Positions 17,713 through 25,943 of a stretch of DNA of 32,000 nt are shown here, one piece after another. Made by a program: the position numbers and the translations under genes. Numbering within the stretch: the stretch's first letter is position 1; each line of letters begins with the position of its first letter. The notes under the pieces were generated by a model. The model saw only the letters and a program-made list of their open reading frames with translations, did not search any database and had not been told where the DNA came from. Source of the stretch: Dubosiella newyorkensis. GTDB taxonomy: Bacteria; Bacillota_I; Bacilli_A; Erysipelotrichales; Erysipelotrichaceae. Where the stretch lies: assembly GCF_001945605.1 (NCBI RefSeq), contig NZ_MPKA01000087.1, forward strand, positions 30,001 through 62,000. The letters run 5' to 3'.

Positions 17713-18676
17713 TCGAATGATCGATACGATCAAGCAAGTTAACGGGATCCGATTGAATGCCGTCTATTCTAGAAATGAAGAAAGAGCGATGGAGTTCGCG
17801 AAAAGTCATGAAGCAGATCGGTTTTTCTGGGATCTTGATCAGTTTTTATCCGATCCCGATCTGGATGTGATCTATATCGCAAGTCCGAATTCGCTTCATT
17901 ATGAACAAGCTAAAAAAGCTTTAGAACATAAAAAACACGTCTTGTTGGAAAAACCATTTTGTTCGACAGAAGAACAAGCCAAAGAGCTCTTTGAGATCGC
18001 TCGAAAAAACGGCGTGATGATCATGGAAGCGATCACAAATATCCATACGCCCAACTATCAAGCGGTCAAGTCCCATTTAAAAGAGATCGGCTCTATCAAG
18101 ATCGTGCAATGCAATTTTTCACAGTATTCATCGCGTTACGATCAATATAAGCGAAAAGAAGTGACGAACGCTTTTGATCCAAAAATGGATGGCGGCGCTT
18201 TGATGGATATTAATTACTATAACCTCCATTTTGTGGTTGGTTTATTTGGCATGCCAAAAGCGCTCCATTATTTTATGAATCAAGGTTTCAACGGAATCGA
18301 TACAAGCGGGATCCTCGTCTTGGAATACCCGGAATTCACGGCTGTTTGCGTCGGAGCAAAAGATTCCTCTTCACCCAATTGTGTTTATATTCAAGGGGAA
18401 GAGGGGACGGTCCGCATCGATCAAGCGAGTAGCGGGGTATGCGAACATGTCGATCTTCTTTTGCCTAAAGGCGATATGATCGGCAAAAAGAATTCGGGCA
18501 ATCAAGGACAAGAAATCGGAATCGACCAAGGATTTCATATGTATTATGAATTGAGCGATTTTGTCGATATGATCGAAAAGAACGATCAAAACGCGTATTC
18601 AGCCTATGAAGATCAAACCTTAAAGGTCATGAAGCTTGTCGATGAAGCGAAAAAACAAAGAAAGATCGAACGATAA
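17672..18676 (+). CDS. Gfo/Idh/MocA-family NAD(P)-dependent oxidoreductase
   Basis: N-terminal Rossmann region (EVGTIGSGIIVDRM...VIYIASPNSLHYEQAKKALEHKKHVLLEKPF) with the EKP motif. SD GAGAGGG lies upstream of ATG 17672. Confidence 0.85.
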   Translation: MLEVGTIGSGIIVDRMIDTIKQVNGIRLNAVYSRNEERAMEFAKSHEADRFFWDLDQFLSDPDLDVIYIASPNSLHYEQAKKALEHKKHVLLEKPFCSTEEQAKELFEIARKNGVMIMEAITNIHTPNYQAVKSHLKEIGSIKIVQCNFSQYSSRYDQYKRKEVTNAFDPKMDGGALMDINYYNLHFVVGLFGMPKALHYFMNQGFNGIDTSGILVLEYPEFTAVCVGAKDSSSPNCVYIQGEEGTVRIDQASSGVCEHVDLLLPKGDMIGKKNSGNQGQEIGIDQGFHMYYELSDFVDMIEKNDQNAYSAYEDQTLKVMKLVDEAKKQRKIER

Positions 18677-18697
18677 AGAGGCGACGCCTCTTTTTTT
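18675..18697 (+). terminator. Intrinsic terminator ending the cdaA...oxidoreductase transcription unit
   Basis: AAAGAGGCGACGCCTCTTT hairpin (GC-rich stem GAGG/CCTC extended by AAA/TTT) followed by a T-run. This is the first convincing terminator after 12565. Confidence 0.75.
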
Positions 18698-18773
18698 ATG
18701 CATCATAAAAGTAAATCGGAAAGATATCATTATAATTAAAAATATCAATGATACTGGAAAAGGAGTGATAAAT

Positions 18774-18950
18774 ATGACTTGGCAGCAAATATTGGTCATT
18801 GTGCTTGGCTTGCTCTTGCTCGTAGGTGGGATTCCTGCAGTATGGCGCTTTGCTAAGGGGGCAGCACGAATCATTTTGTCGGTAATCATCTTCTTAGCTG
18901 TTATCGCTTTGATTTGGTGGGCTATTGTTGGTTTAGCCGCCGCCGTATAA
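18774..18950 (+). CDS. Small two-TM membrane protein (58 aa), hypothetical
   Basis: Translation: MTWQQILVIVLGLLLLVGGIPAVWRFAKGAARIILSVIIFLAVIALIWWAIVGLAAAV. AAAGGAG lies 7 nt upstream and a TATAAT box at 18731-18736. The upstream 46 codons of the track ORF overlap the previous gene and terminator. Confidence 0.6.
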   Translation: MTWQQILVIVLGLLLLVGGIPAVWRFAKGAARIILSVIIFLAVIALIWWAIVGLAAAV

Positions 18951-18952
18951 TT

Positions 18953-18990
18953 AAAAAAACGGGACTTTTTAATTCGTTCCCGTTTTTTTT
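18953..18990. terminator. Bidirectional terminator between the small membrane protein gene and the convergent met operon
   Basis: A7 run, stem aacggga (18958-18964) pairing with tcccgtt (18978-18984), then a T8 run. It overlaps the last codons of the yitJ-like gene. Confidence 0.65.
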
Positions 18991-20660
18991 AGCAAATCTT
19001 TCGCTTCCTGGATCAAAGGAAGCATCATTTCGATTCTTTGAAAAGGTGTCATCAAATAAAATCCATCGCAATAGGGGAGCGCTTCCTTCATGATTGCTTT
19101 CGAGATCTGGATCGCGATCTGCTCTCCTTCTTTTCGATCTTTGTCTTTATACATTTCTACGATTCGAGCATCGATTCTCATTCCTGAAATCTCGTTGCTC
19201 AAAAACAAGGCGTTTTTATACGAAACGATCGGGTAGATTCCCGCTAAGATCACGCCATTCAAATGTTCTTTCGCTTTTTTTAAGTTTTGAAGTCCTTCCC
19301 ATGAATGGATCGGCTGCGTCAAGAAGCCGATCGCTCCATTCGCCTCTTTTTCTTTCGCTAAAACGAGCTGTTGATCAAAGTTATGAGCATTGATATTCAA
19401 GGCGCCAAAAAGAGCCATTGGACTTGACAGTTCGTTCATTTGATGCACGGCTTTCATGAGTTTTCGCGAATTAAAATGATAGACCGCTTTGACTTCTTCG
19501 ATCGTATCGCTAGGAAGCGGATCCCCTGTCACGAACAACACTTGATGGATCTCTTGCGCCGACAAGCCAAGAAGCAGCGCTTTGATCGCGTTGAGATTTC
19601 TATCCCTGCAAGTGATATGAGGAAGAGGATCGATCCCAGTTTCTTTTTTGATCTTGCACGCTAGTAAAGAAGAATCGGCCCGCATGCGGCCAACAGGACA
19701 ATCGGCTAGCGTGATCAAGTCGACTCCTTCTTTATGAAACGCGTAAACACCTTTCATAAAGGCGTCAAGCTGATCGTTTTTTGGAGGATCCAACTCGATG
19801 GCGATCGTATTTCTCCAGTCTTTGCCTGATCGAGGATGATCATTCTGGATAGTTCTTGGATTATGATAGGGAATATAGGAAGGAAGAAGCAGGATGGCTT
19901 CTTTCATCGCGGCTATATGTGCTGGGGTCGTACCACAGCAACCGCCAATCATTTCCACGCCCAACAATCGAATCTCTTTCATCATTTGAGCAAAATAGGC
20001 GGGAGAACCATTGTAATAGACGTTCCAGCCAAGAACTGTTGGATACCCTGCATTGGGCGATATATAGAGTGGCTTGTCGCATCGAACGAGTGTTTTTAAA
20101 AGCTCGAGCATATGTTTCGGGCCGACCCGGCAATTCATGCCGATCGCATCGATCGAGCTTTGCGCCAAAGCATCGTACAAAGACTGGATCGTTTCTCCTT
20201 GGTCGCTTATTCCATTTTCGTGGATCGCAAAACTGACGAGAACGAACGCCTCGGGCGCTATTTGATGGATATGATCGCTGATTGCTTCGATCCCGTTTAA
20301 AGAAGAGATCGTCTCAAAAAGGAAGGCGTTGATCCCATGCTTTAAAAAGAGATCGACTTGTTTCTTATAGATCGAAAACGCGTCGTCTTCTCGAGGGCAT
20401 GGTCCAATATTGGCAAAAATGAGCGTCTCTTCATGAGCGGCTTCTTTGGCTTGCTCGATTTCAAATTCGATCTTCTGTTCGATCTCGTTCCATGGAAGCG
20501 AAGAGGAGGAACAAGAAAACGTATTCGTTTTGATCGCCATAGCTCCAGCATCGATATAGTCTTTCAAAACTTCCTTGCTCGTTTGGCTTCCTTGATAGGA
20601 ATGCATCGCTCCATCGAAAAGAAGCGGACCTTGTTTGAGGAGGGTATCGATCTTAGACAT
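18969..20660 (-). CDS. yitJ: Bifunctional homocysteine S-methyltransferase / 5,10-methylenetetrahydrofolate reductase
   Basis: Start MSKIDTLLKQGPLLFDGAM (ATG 20660, overlapping the metH stop by 8 nt). The N-terminal Hcy-binding domain has GMNC and GGCCGTTPAHI. The C-terminal MTHFR domain has IELDPP...LPHITCRDRN...FVTGDP. This is the architecture of B. subtilis YitJ. Confidence 0.85.
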   Translation of the reverse strand: MSKIDTLLKQGPLLFDGAMHSYQGSQTSKEVLKDYIDAGAMAIKTNTFSCSSSSLPWNEIEQKIEFEIEQAKEAAHEETLIFANIGPCPREDDAFSIYKKQVDLFLKHGINAFLFETISSLNGIEAISDHIHQIAPEAFVLVSFAIHENGISDQGETIQSLYDALAQSSIDAIGMNCRVGPKHMLELLKTLVRCDKPLYISPNAGYPTVLGWNVYYNGSPAYFAQMMKEIRLLGVEMIGGCCGTTPAHIAAMKEAILLLPSYIPYHNPRTIQNDHPRSGKDWRNTIAIELDPPKNDQLDAFMKGVYAFHKEGVDLITLADCPVGRMRADSSLLACKIKKETGIDPLPHITCRDRNLNAIKALLLGLSAQEIHQVLFVTGDPLPSDTIEEVKAVYHFNSRKLMKAVHQMNELSSPMALFGALNINAHNFDQQLVLAKEKEANGAIGFLTQPIHSWEGLQNLKKAKEHLNGVILAGIYPIVSYKNALFLSNEISGMRIDARIVEMYKDKDRKEGEQIAIQISKAIMKEALPYCDGFYLMTPFQRIEMMLPLIQEAKDLLKKTGTN

Positions 20661-22980
20661 TCTCAAACACCTCTTTCGCGATCCGCACTCCATCTTGCGC
20701 ATCTTTTGAATAATAATCGGCTTGCATCTCATTGGCGTATTGGGGTGTCAAGACCGCTCCCCCGACCATGATCTTAGGCGGACATTCGAGCTGGTGGAGC
20801 AGCTGGATCGTTTTCTCCATCGCAGGAAGGGTCGTGGTCATCAGAGCCGATAGACCAACAAGCCGGATCTTGTTCGCTTTTACAGTTTCTACAATCGTTT
20901 CCGCAGGCACGTCCCGGCCAAGATCGATGATCGTATATCCATAGTTTTCAAGCACTGTTTTCACGATATTTTTTCCAATATCATGAATATCCCCTTCGAC
21001 AGTGGCTAGAACGATCGTACCTTTTGAATTTTGTTTCTCGCCCGTCTTGGCAAGGTGCTCTTTGATGCAGCCAAACACTTCTTGGGCGGCCTTGGCTGAA
21101 GAGAGAAGCTGCGGCAAATACAGGATCCCCGCTTCATAATCGTTTCCAACACGATCCAAGGAAGGAATGAGTTCTCGTTCCACAACCTCAAGCGGCTTCA
21201 TCGTTTTTAAACATGCTTCTCCAATAAGGCGAGCTTGTTTTCCCAAGCCTCTATAGACCGCTTCTTGCAGACTAAGTGTTTCCATAGCTTTTTGTGGTTC
21301 GGCTTTTAAAGCGTGGAAGCGCTCGATATACTTTTGCGCTTTTAAATCTTCGTTCAATAAAAGCCGGCTCGAAACGATCGTATCCATATAACGATCCACA
21401 TTGACGTTGATGATTGGCAAATTCAATCCCGCATAGAGAGATTGAGCTAGAAAGGCTTGCGTGATCATTTGTCGTGCAGGAAGACCAAACGAAATATTGG
21501 AAACGCCAAGAACACACGAATAGCCTTCTTTTGAAAGTTCTTTGAGCGCATCGAGCGTTTCGATGGCTTGATCAGGCTGGCTTGACACGGTCAAAGTCAG
21601 GGGATCGAACCAAAGATCGTTTTTTGAAAGAAGATATTGGCTTGCCTGTTGAGCGATCCTATGCGCAAGCTCCACTCTTTTTTTTGCGGAATTTGGAATG
21701 CCCTCTTCATCAAGACAAAGACACACTAGCGAACAGCCATATTTTTGGGCGATCGGCATGACTTCCTGCATTTTCTTTTTTTCCGCGCTCACAGAGTTGA
21801 GAGCGCAGATTCCATTGTAAACGCGAGCCCCTGCTTCAAGAGCGTTAGGATTGGAAGAGTCCAGCATTAAAGGAAGATCGATCACGCTTTGAAGCCGTTT
21901 GACGAGTTTAGGAAGCATTTTCACTTCATCCACTCCAGGATGACCTACGTTAACATCCAACAAATCCGCGCCTGCTTCTTTTTGTTCTAGGGCGATCGAA
22001 ACGATATAATCAAGATCTTCTTCGAGAAGCGCTTGTTGAAACCGTTTCTTTCCAGTCGGGTTGAGTCGTTCGCCTATTGGATGGATCCCTTTTGTGCAGA
22101 AGGCGTAAAGTGGCGAACAAACCCATCCACCGGAATCAACTTCTTCTCGCGCGATTTGCTGCCCTTTCAATTTGGCGATTTGCTCAATAAAAATAGGTGA
22201 GGTCCCACAGCAGCCGCCAATATAGGAAGCGCCAGCTTCTACAAGGGATTCCATATGCTCATAGAATTCAGAAGCGCTCATCGTATACGTTCCACTTGAA
22301 GGGTCGGGAAGTCCCGCGTTAGGTTTAGCGATGATCGGAAGAGAAGTCAAGGTCGATAGTTTTTCGACCATCTTGATCATTTGTTTTGGACCAATCGAGC
22401 AGTTGAAACCAATCGCGTTGGCTCCCAAAGCTTCCAAAGTTTTTGCCATGCTCTCTAAAGTGCAACTCGTGAATGTCCGTTCATTTTCTTCAAAGGACAT
22501 TGTGACAAAGACAGGCAAGTCGCTGTGTTCTTTAGCGGCCAAAAGAGCTGCCTTTGTTTCGTAAAGATCGCTCATTGTCTCGATCACGATCAAGTCGGCT
22601 TCCTTTCCGGCTAGCACGATTTCTTTAAATTGATCATAGGCTTCTTCGAAGGTAAAGCTGCCCATGGGCTCCATCAGCTGACCTAGCGGACCAATATCCA
22701 ATGCGATCTTACATGCAGGCGCGCCTTTTCGGGCAAGAACGATCCCGCTTTGAATGCATTCTTTATACGAGTAGGAAGAATTTTGAAACTTTAAAGGACT
22801 TGCGCCAAACGTATTCGCGTACACGATTTGCGAGCCAGCTTTGGCGTAGTCTCTAGCGATCGATTCGATTAGATCGGGCTGAGTCATATTGAGGGTTTCT
22901 GGAATTTCGGGAATGGCGATCCCAGAGTTCTGGAGGATCGTTCCCGTGGCTCCATCGAGAATTTTAACGATTTGCTTCAT
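20653..22980 (-). CDS. metH: Cobalamin-dependent methionine synthase lacking the C-terminal AdoMet/reactivation domain
   Basis: Start MKQIVKILDGATGT (ATG 22980). It contains an Hcy domain (GFNC, GGCCGTSP), a pterin-binding domain (LDVNVGHPG, NSVS, SNISFG), a B12 cap, and a B12-binding domain with the DxHxxG motif (GDIHDIGKN). The ORF ends right after the B12 domain at 775 aa. Confidence 0.92.
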   Translation of the reverse strand: MKQIVKILDGATGTILQNSGIAIPEIPETLNMTQPDLIESIARDYAKAGSQIVYANTFGASPLKFQNSSYSYKECIQSGIVLARKGAPACKIALDIGPLGQLMEPMGSFTFEEAYDQFKEIVLAGKEADLIVIETMSDLYETKAALLAAKEHSDLPVFVTMSFEENERTFTSCTLESMAKTLEALGANAIGFNCSIGPKQMIKMVEKLSTLTSLPIIAKPNAGLPDPSSGTYTMSASEFYEHMESLVEAGASYIGGCCGTSPIFIEQIAKLKGQQIAREEVDSGGWVCSPLYAFCTKGIHPIGERLNPTGKKRFQQALLEEDLDYIVSIALEQKEAGADLLDVNVGHPGVDEVKMLPKLVKRLQSVIDLPLMLDSSNPNALEAGARVYNGICALNSVSAEKKKMQEVMPIAQKYGCSLVCLCLDEEGIPNSAKKRVELAHRIAQQASQYLLSKNDLWFDPLTLTVSSQPDQAIETLDALKELSKEGYSCVLGVSNISFGLPARQMITQAFLAQSLYAGLNLPIINVNVDRYMDTIVSSRLLLNEDLKAQKYIERFHALKAEPQKAMETLSLQEAVYRGLGKQARLIGEACLKTMKPLEVVERELIPSLDRVGNDYEAGILYLPQLLSSAKAAQEVFGCIKEHLAKTGEKQNSKGTIVLATVEGDIHDIGKNIVKTVLENYGYTIIDLGRDVPAETIVETVKANKIRLVGLSALMTTTLPAMEKTIQLLHQLECPPKIMVGGAVLTPQYANEMQADYYSKDAQDGVRIAKEVFENV

Positions 22981-23608
22981 GACATGATTTTCCTTTCTTT
23001 CTATAGGGACATGTAGTGTTGAGCATGCAATAAGAGCATCCTTTGATCTTTGCGGGCTGTTTTTGAGGGCTGACTCCAAGAAAGGCGCTTACGCTTTTGG
23101 TGGGAAAAAGCATTTGGCTTTTTGAAACAAACACGCCTAGTCTTTTCGTTCCTTCTAAAAAGGAGACGATCTGGCTTTGCATCGTAAGAGGCAAGTCGCC
23201 ATAGCCACACGAGAAGCGGTCGGTCAAATAGAAGGGCGCCAATTGTGCCTTGAGCTGTTGTTCAAAGGCATCTAAACACTCTTCGAGATAAGCGGAACCG
23301 CATGCGTCCCATAAAAGGGCTTTTTTTGGATCGAGCAAAGAGTAACGATTGAGTTCTTGTTCAAAGGGGTATCCGAGCGTGCATAGAAGCACGACGAGTT
23401 TTTCGCTCGAGCAAAGAAGGTCAAGAGCCATCTTCGATTGGAACGAAAAAGGAGCAAAGGAATTTGGGGATGTTTTGTCTAGGATCCGGTATTCGATTCG
23501 AAAAGGACAGACCTCCATAAGTCGGATATAGGTCTGTTCGATTTCTTGGAGCAAGGCGACATCCTTTGGATCGCCGTTTGCGTAACGGATCGCGTCCTGA
23601 ATATTCAT
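22964..23608 (-). CDS. Stand-alone methionine synthase B12 reactivation (AdoMet-binding) domain protein with a Cys-rich C-terminal tail
   Basis: 214 aa. SCGYGDLPL and the overall pattern fit the Met_synt_B12 activation domain, which is encoded as a separate gene in Clostridia and Thermotoga. The gene overlaps the metH start by 17 nt. The tail is CSYCMLNTTCPYRKKGKSCH. No SD precedes the ATG at 23608. Confidence 0.8.
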   Translation of the reverse strand: MNIQDAIRYANGDPKDVALLQEIEQTYIRLMEVCPFRIEYRILDKTSPNSFAPFSFQSKMALDLLCSSEKLVVLLCTLGYPFEQELNRYSLLDPKKALLWDACGSAYLEECLDAFEQQLKAQLAPFYLTDRFSCGYGDLPLTMQSQIVSFLEGTKRLGVFVSKSQMLFPTKSVSAFLGVSPQKQPAKIKGCSYCMLNTTCPYRKKGKSCHEANR

Positions 23609-23623
23609 TTTTTTATTATAATA

Positions 23624-23651
23624 GAAAAAAGCTGACGAATCAGCTTTTTTT
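23624..23651 (-). terminator. Intrinsic terminator after the EIIB remnant, immediately upstream of the met operon
   Basis: The minus strand reads A7-AGCTGA-TTCG-TCAGCT-T6. It overlaps the TGA of the EIIB reading frame. Confidence 0.65.
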
Positions 23652-24051
23652 CACATTTCGATACGCCTTGACGCGTTTGACTTTCAAGCAATTCTCTTCG
23701 TCCGGAAAATGAACAGGATTGATTGGGTTTTCTTTGAATCTTATAAGGATATCTTGAATATCATAGTACAGCTCTTGCACATCCACAGGCCCATACATTC
23801 GGATCGGAAGCAAGTAGAGCGGTTTTTTTGTTCTGGCAATAGCGCTCGTTGAACGTTTTGACATCGCGGGCAAGATGAGGACACAGGATGAAAATGTCAT
23901 AGGCATCGATCTTTTTGGATGCCAACAAAAATGGACAAAATTCTATTGATAACTCGGAGGATAATCCATACGTCTCGATGCCTTTTTTGATATGTTCGGC
24001 CATCGTGCTCGAGGAAAATCCGCCTCCACAACAAATCGCGGCTTTGATTAT
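23640..24051 (-). pseudogene. Orphan PTS EIIB (PTS_IIB, galactitol/ascorbate/cellobiose-type) with a frameshift and no canonical start codon
   Basis: Track ORFs 23761..24003 and 23640..23906 are two frames of one EIIB-like sequence: (I)IKAAICCGGGFSSSTMAEHIKKGIE...YDIFILCPHLARDVKTFNERYCQNKK / PLYLLPIRMYGPVDVQELYYDIQDIL. The frames join if one A is removed from the A7 run (forward T7 at 23823-23829). The phospho-Cys motif lies upstream of the first ATG, and only ATA/ATC/ATT codons are available after the in-frame stop at 24067-24069. No EIIC or EIIA lies nearby. Confidence 0.6.
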
Positions 24052-24066
24052 GACGTCTTCCTTTCT

Positions 24067-24777
24067 TTATCGCGTTTTTTGAAATACGAACTCATCTTCG
24101 CTCGAGTGCTCGGGACAAAACCGATAGTCTTGCCGGTCAAATTGTTTGATTTCATCGACCGACTCGATCCAATGCTCTGCCATATAACGGACCATCTCTC
24201 CACGCGCCATTTTCGCGTAGACTCCTTTTTCTTTGCCATCCACATCGAGAAAACGAACATCAATCAGCTTCTTATATGGGCGGATCGTTTTCGCGTATTC
24301 TTCGCTTGCTAGATTGAGGATGATGTCGTCTTCAAGCGCATCGGCGATCCGCGCACCCCAAAACGCGTATAAAGATCTTGGCTCGAACAAAAGTTTTGTC
24401 TGCATCTCTAAGCGATACGCTTCCACTTGATCGAAAGGACGCAAGATCCCATACATTCCTGAAAGGATCCGCAGATGGTTTTGAACATATTGAAGCATGT
24501 CATCGTCAAAAACATGAGGAGCCATATATTGAAAAGCGATCCCGGAATATGACAGCAAAGCGCACCCTTGTTCGGGATGCACTGTTTTATAGAGCGCTTC
24601 TACTTTTGCAAGAAGCTTGTCGCTGACCTTCATCATTTTTTTGAGCTCCATCGAAGTACAACCCGAAAGCAAAGCGCGCAGCTTCTGGCTTTCCTCGAAA
24701 AAAAGCGGTGTCGTATAGGGGAAGGGAAAGTCGTCGGTAAATTTCATTTGTTTCGTAGGCGAGATGATGATTTTCAT
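24067..24777 (-). CDS. yaaA: YaaA-family peroxide stress protein (UPF0246/DUF328)
   Basis: The N-terminus MKIIISPTKQMKF, plus YSGIAFQYM, LRILSGMYGILRPFD.VEAYRLEM and AKMARGEMVRYM, are the characteristic YaaA motifs. Confidence 0.88.
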   Translation of the reverse strand: MKIIISPTKQMKFTDDFPFPYTTPLFFEESQKLRALLSGCTSMELKKMMKVSDKLLAKVEALYKTVHPEQGCALLSYSGIAFQYMAPHVFDDDMLQYVQNHLRILSGMYGILRPFDQVEAYRLEMQTKLLFEPRSLYAFWGARIADALEDDIILNLASEEYAKTIRPYKKLIDVRFLDVDGKEKGVYAKMARGEMVRYMAEHWIESVDEIKQFDRQDYRFCPEHSSEDEFVFQKTR

Positions 24778-24857
24778 AAAAATATCGTAACACGTTTTTC
24801 AAAAACTGCCTATAATAGAATCGAAATGGTAGAAGAATTGAGGAAGGGAAGATTAAA

Positions 24858-25907
24858 ATGAAAAAATTGCCATATGTTGATGAACAGGAAGTCGTTCATC
24901 TTTTTGAAGATCTTGTCAACGTGCCTAGCGTCGTCGCGTATTATCCGCAGATCCATGCTTGGATGGAGAAAACATTGAACGAGTACGGCTACTCAGTATT
25001 CTATGACAACAAACGAACCTTGTATGCTAAGCTGGAAGGGAAAGATCATTCCAAAACAGTGTGTTTTGGGGCGCATTTGGATACGATCGGCTTGATCGTG
25101 CGTCAAGTCGACCCGAATGGCTGGATCCAAGTTAAAAATCTGGGAGGGGTCAATTTTCATTCCATCGAAGGCGAAAATGTTTATATCCACACGCGCCAAG
25201 GAAAAACGTATACAGGAATGGTGATCCATCAATCGCATTCTGTGCATGTGTTCGACGATGCCAAAGACGCTAGCCGCGATGTTTCAACGATGCGGATCCT
25301 TCTTGATGAAGAGGTCCATTCGGATCAAGATGTCTATGATCTTGGTATTGAGCATGGTGATCTCGTATCGATCGAACCGCGGTGTATCATCACACGCTCT
25401 GGTTATATCAAATCCCGACACATTGATGATAAAGCTTGCGTCGCCTCTTTATTGGAAGCGATGAAATGCTTAAAGGAGAATCAAATCATTCCTGAATACG
25501 ATACTTTGTTCGCTTTCCCGATCTATGAAGAGATCGGGCATGGTGGAGCTTATGTTCCTAGCGAAGTCGATACCTATATCGCGTTGGATATTGGTTTGAT
25601 CGGGCCAGATTATCATGGAACGGAAAAAAGTGTTTGTATCGGAGGGGCGGATGCGTACTCGCCATACGATTGGGAGCTGACTACGAGGCTGTATACGTTG
25701 GCTAAAACGTATTCGATCCCTGCATGTATTGATATTTATTATCGGTTCGGATCGGATGGAACAGCCGCCATACGTGCTGGACAGAATGTAAAGGCAGCCG
25801 TCTTTGGGATGGGGTGCATGAATTCTCATAGCTATGAAAGGACCCACGTATCTTCGCTTGTCGAAGTTTCACGTTTAGTCTTGGCGTATTTGATGAATGA
25901 AAAATAG
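24858..25907 (+). CDS. M42-family metallo-aminopeptidase (glutamyl aminopeptidase / FrvX-like)
   Basis: 349 aa. GAHLDTIGL, SRHIDDKA, YEEIGHGGA and the C-terminal GMGCMNSHSYER fit the M42 metal-ligand pattern. Confidence 0.85.
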   Translation: MKKLPYVDEQEVVHLFEDLVNVPSVVAYYPQIHAWMEKTLNEYGYSVFYDNKRTLYAKLEGKDHSKTVCFGAHLDTIGLIVRQVDPNGWIQVKNLGGVNFHSIEGENVYIHTRQGKTYTGMVIHQSHSVHVFDDAKDASRDVSTMRILLDEEVHSDQDVYDLGIEHGDLVSIEPRCIITRSGYIKSRHIDDKACVASLLEAMKCLKENQIIPEYDTLFAFPIYEEIGHGGAYVPSEVDTYIALDIGLIGPDYHGTEKSVCIGGADAYSPYDWELTTRLYTLAKTYSIPACIDIYYRFGSDGTAAIRAGQNVKAAVFGMGCMNSHSYERTHVSSLVEVSRLVLAYLMNEK

Positions 25908-25910
25908 GAA

Positions 25911-25943
25911 AAGGAGCGGATCAATCGTGATGATCCGCTCCTT
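25911..25943. terminator. Bidirectional terminator between the M42 peptidase gene and the convergent ArsR-family gene
   Basis: A 13-bp perfect stem, aaggagcggatca (25911-25923) pairing with tgatccgctcctt (25931-25943). It overlaps the last codons of the ArsR-family gene. Confidence 0.65.

Noticed and set aside
23609-24857. A search for an S-box (SAM) riboswitch or Met T-box upstream of the methionine operon and of yaaA.
   Set aside because: Only about 30 nt of non-coding sequence precede the operon, and 80 nt precede yaaA. Neither contains the conserved S-box core or a GGTGGTACCGCG T-box element.
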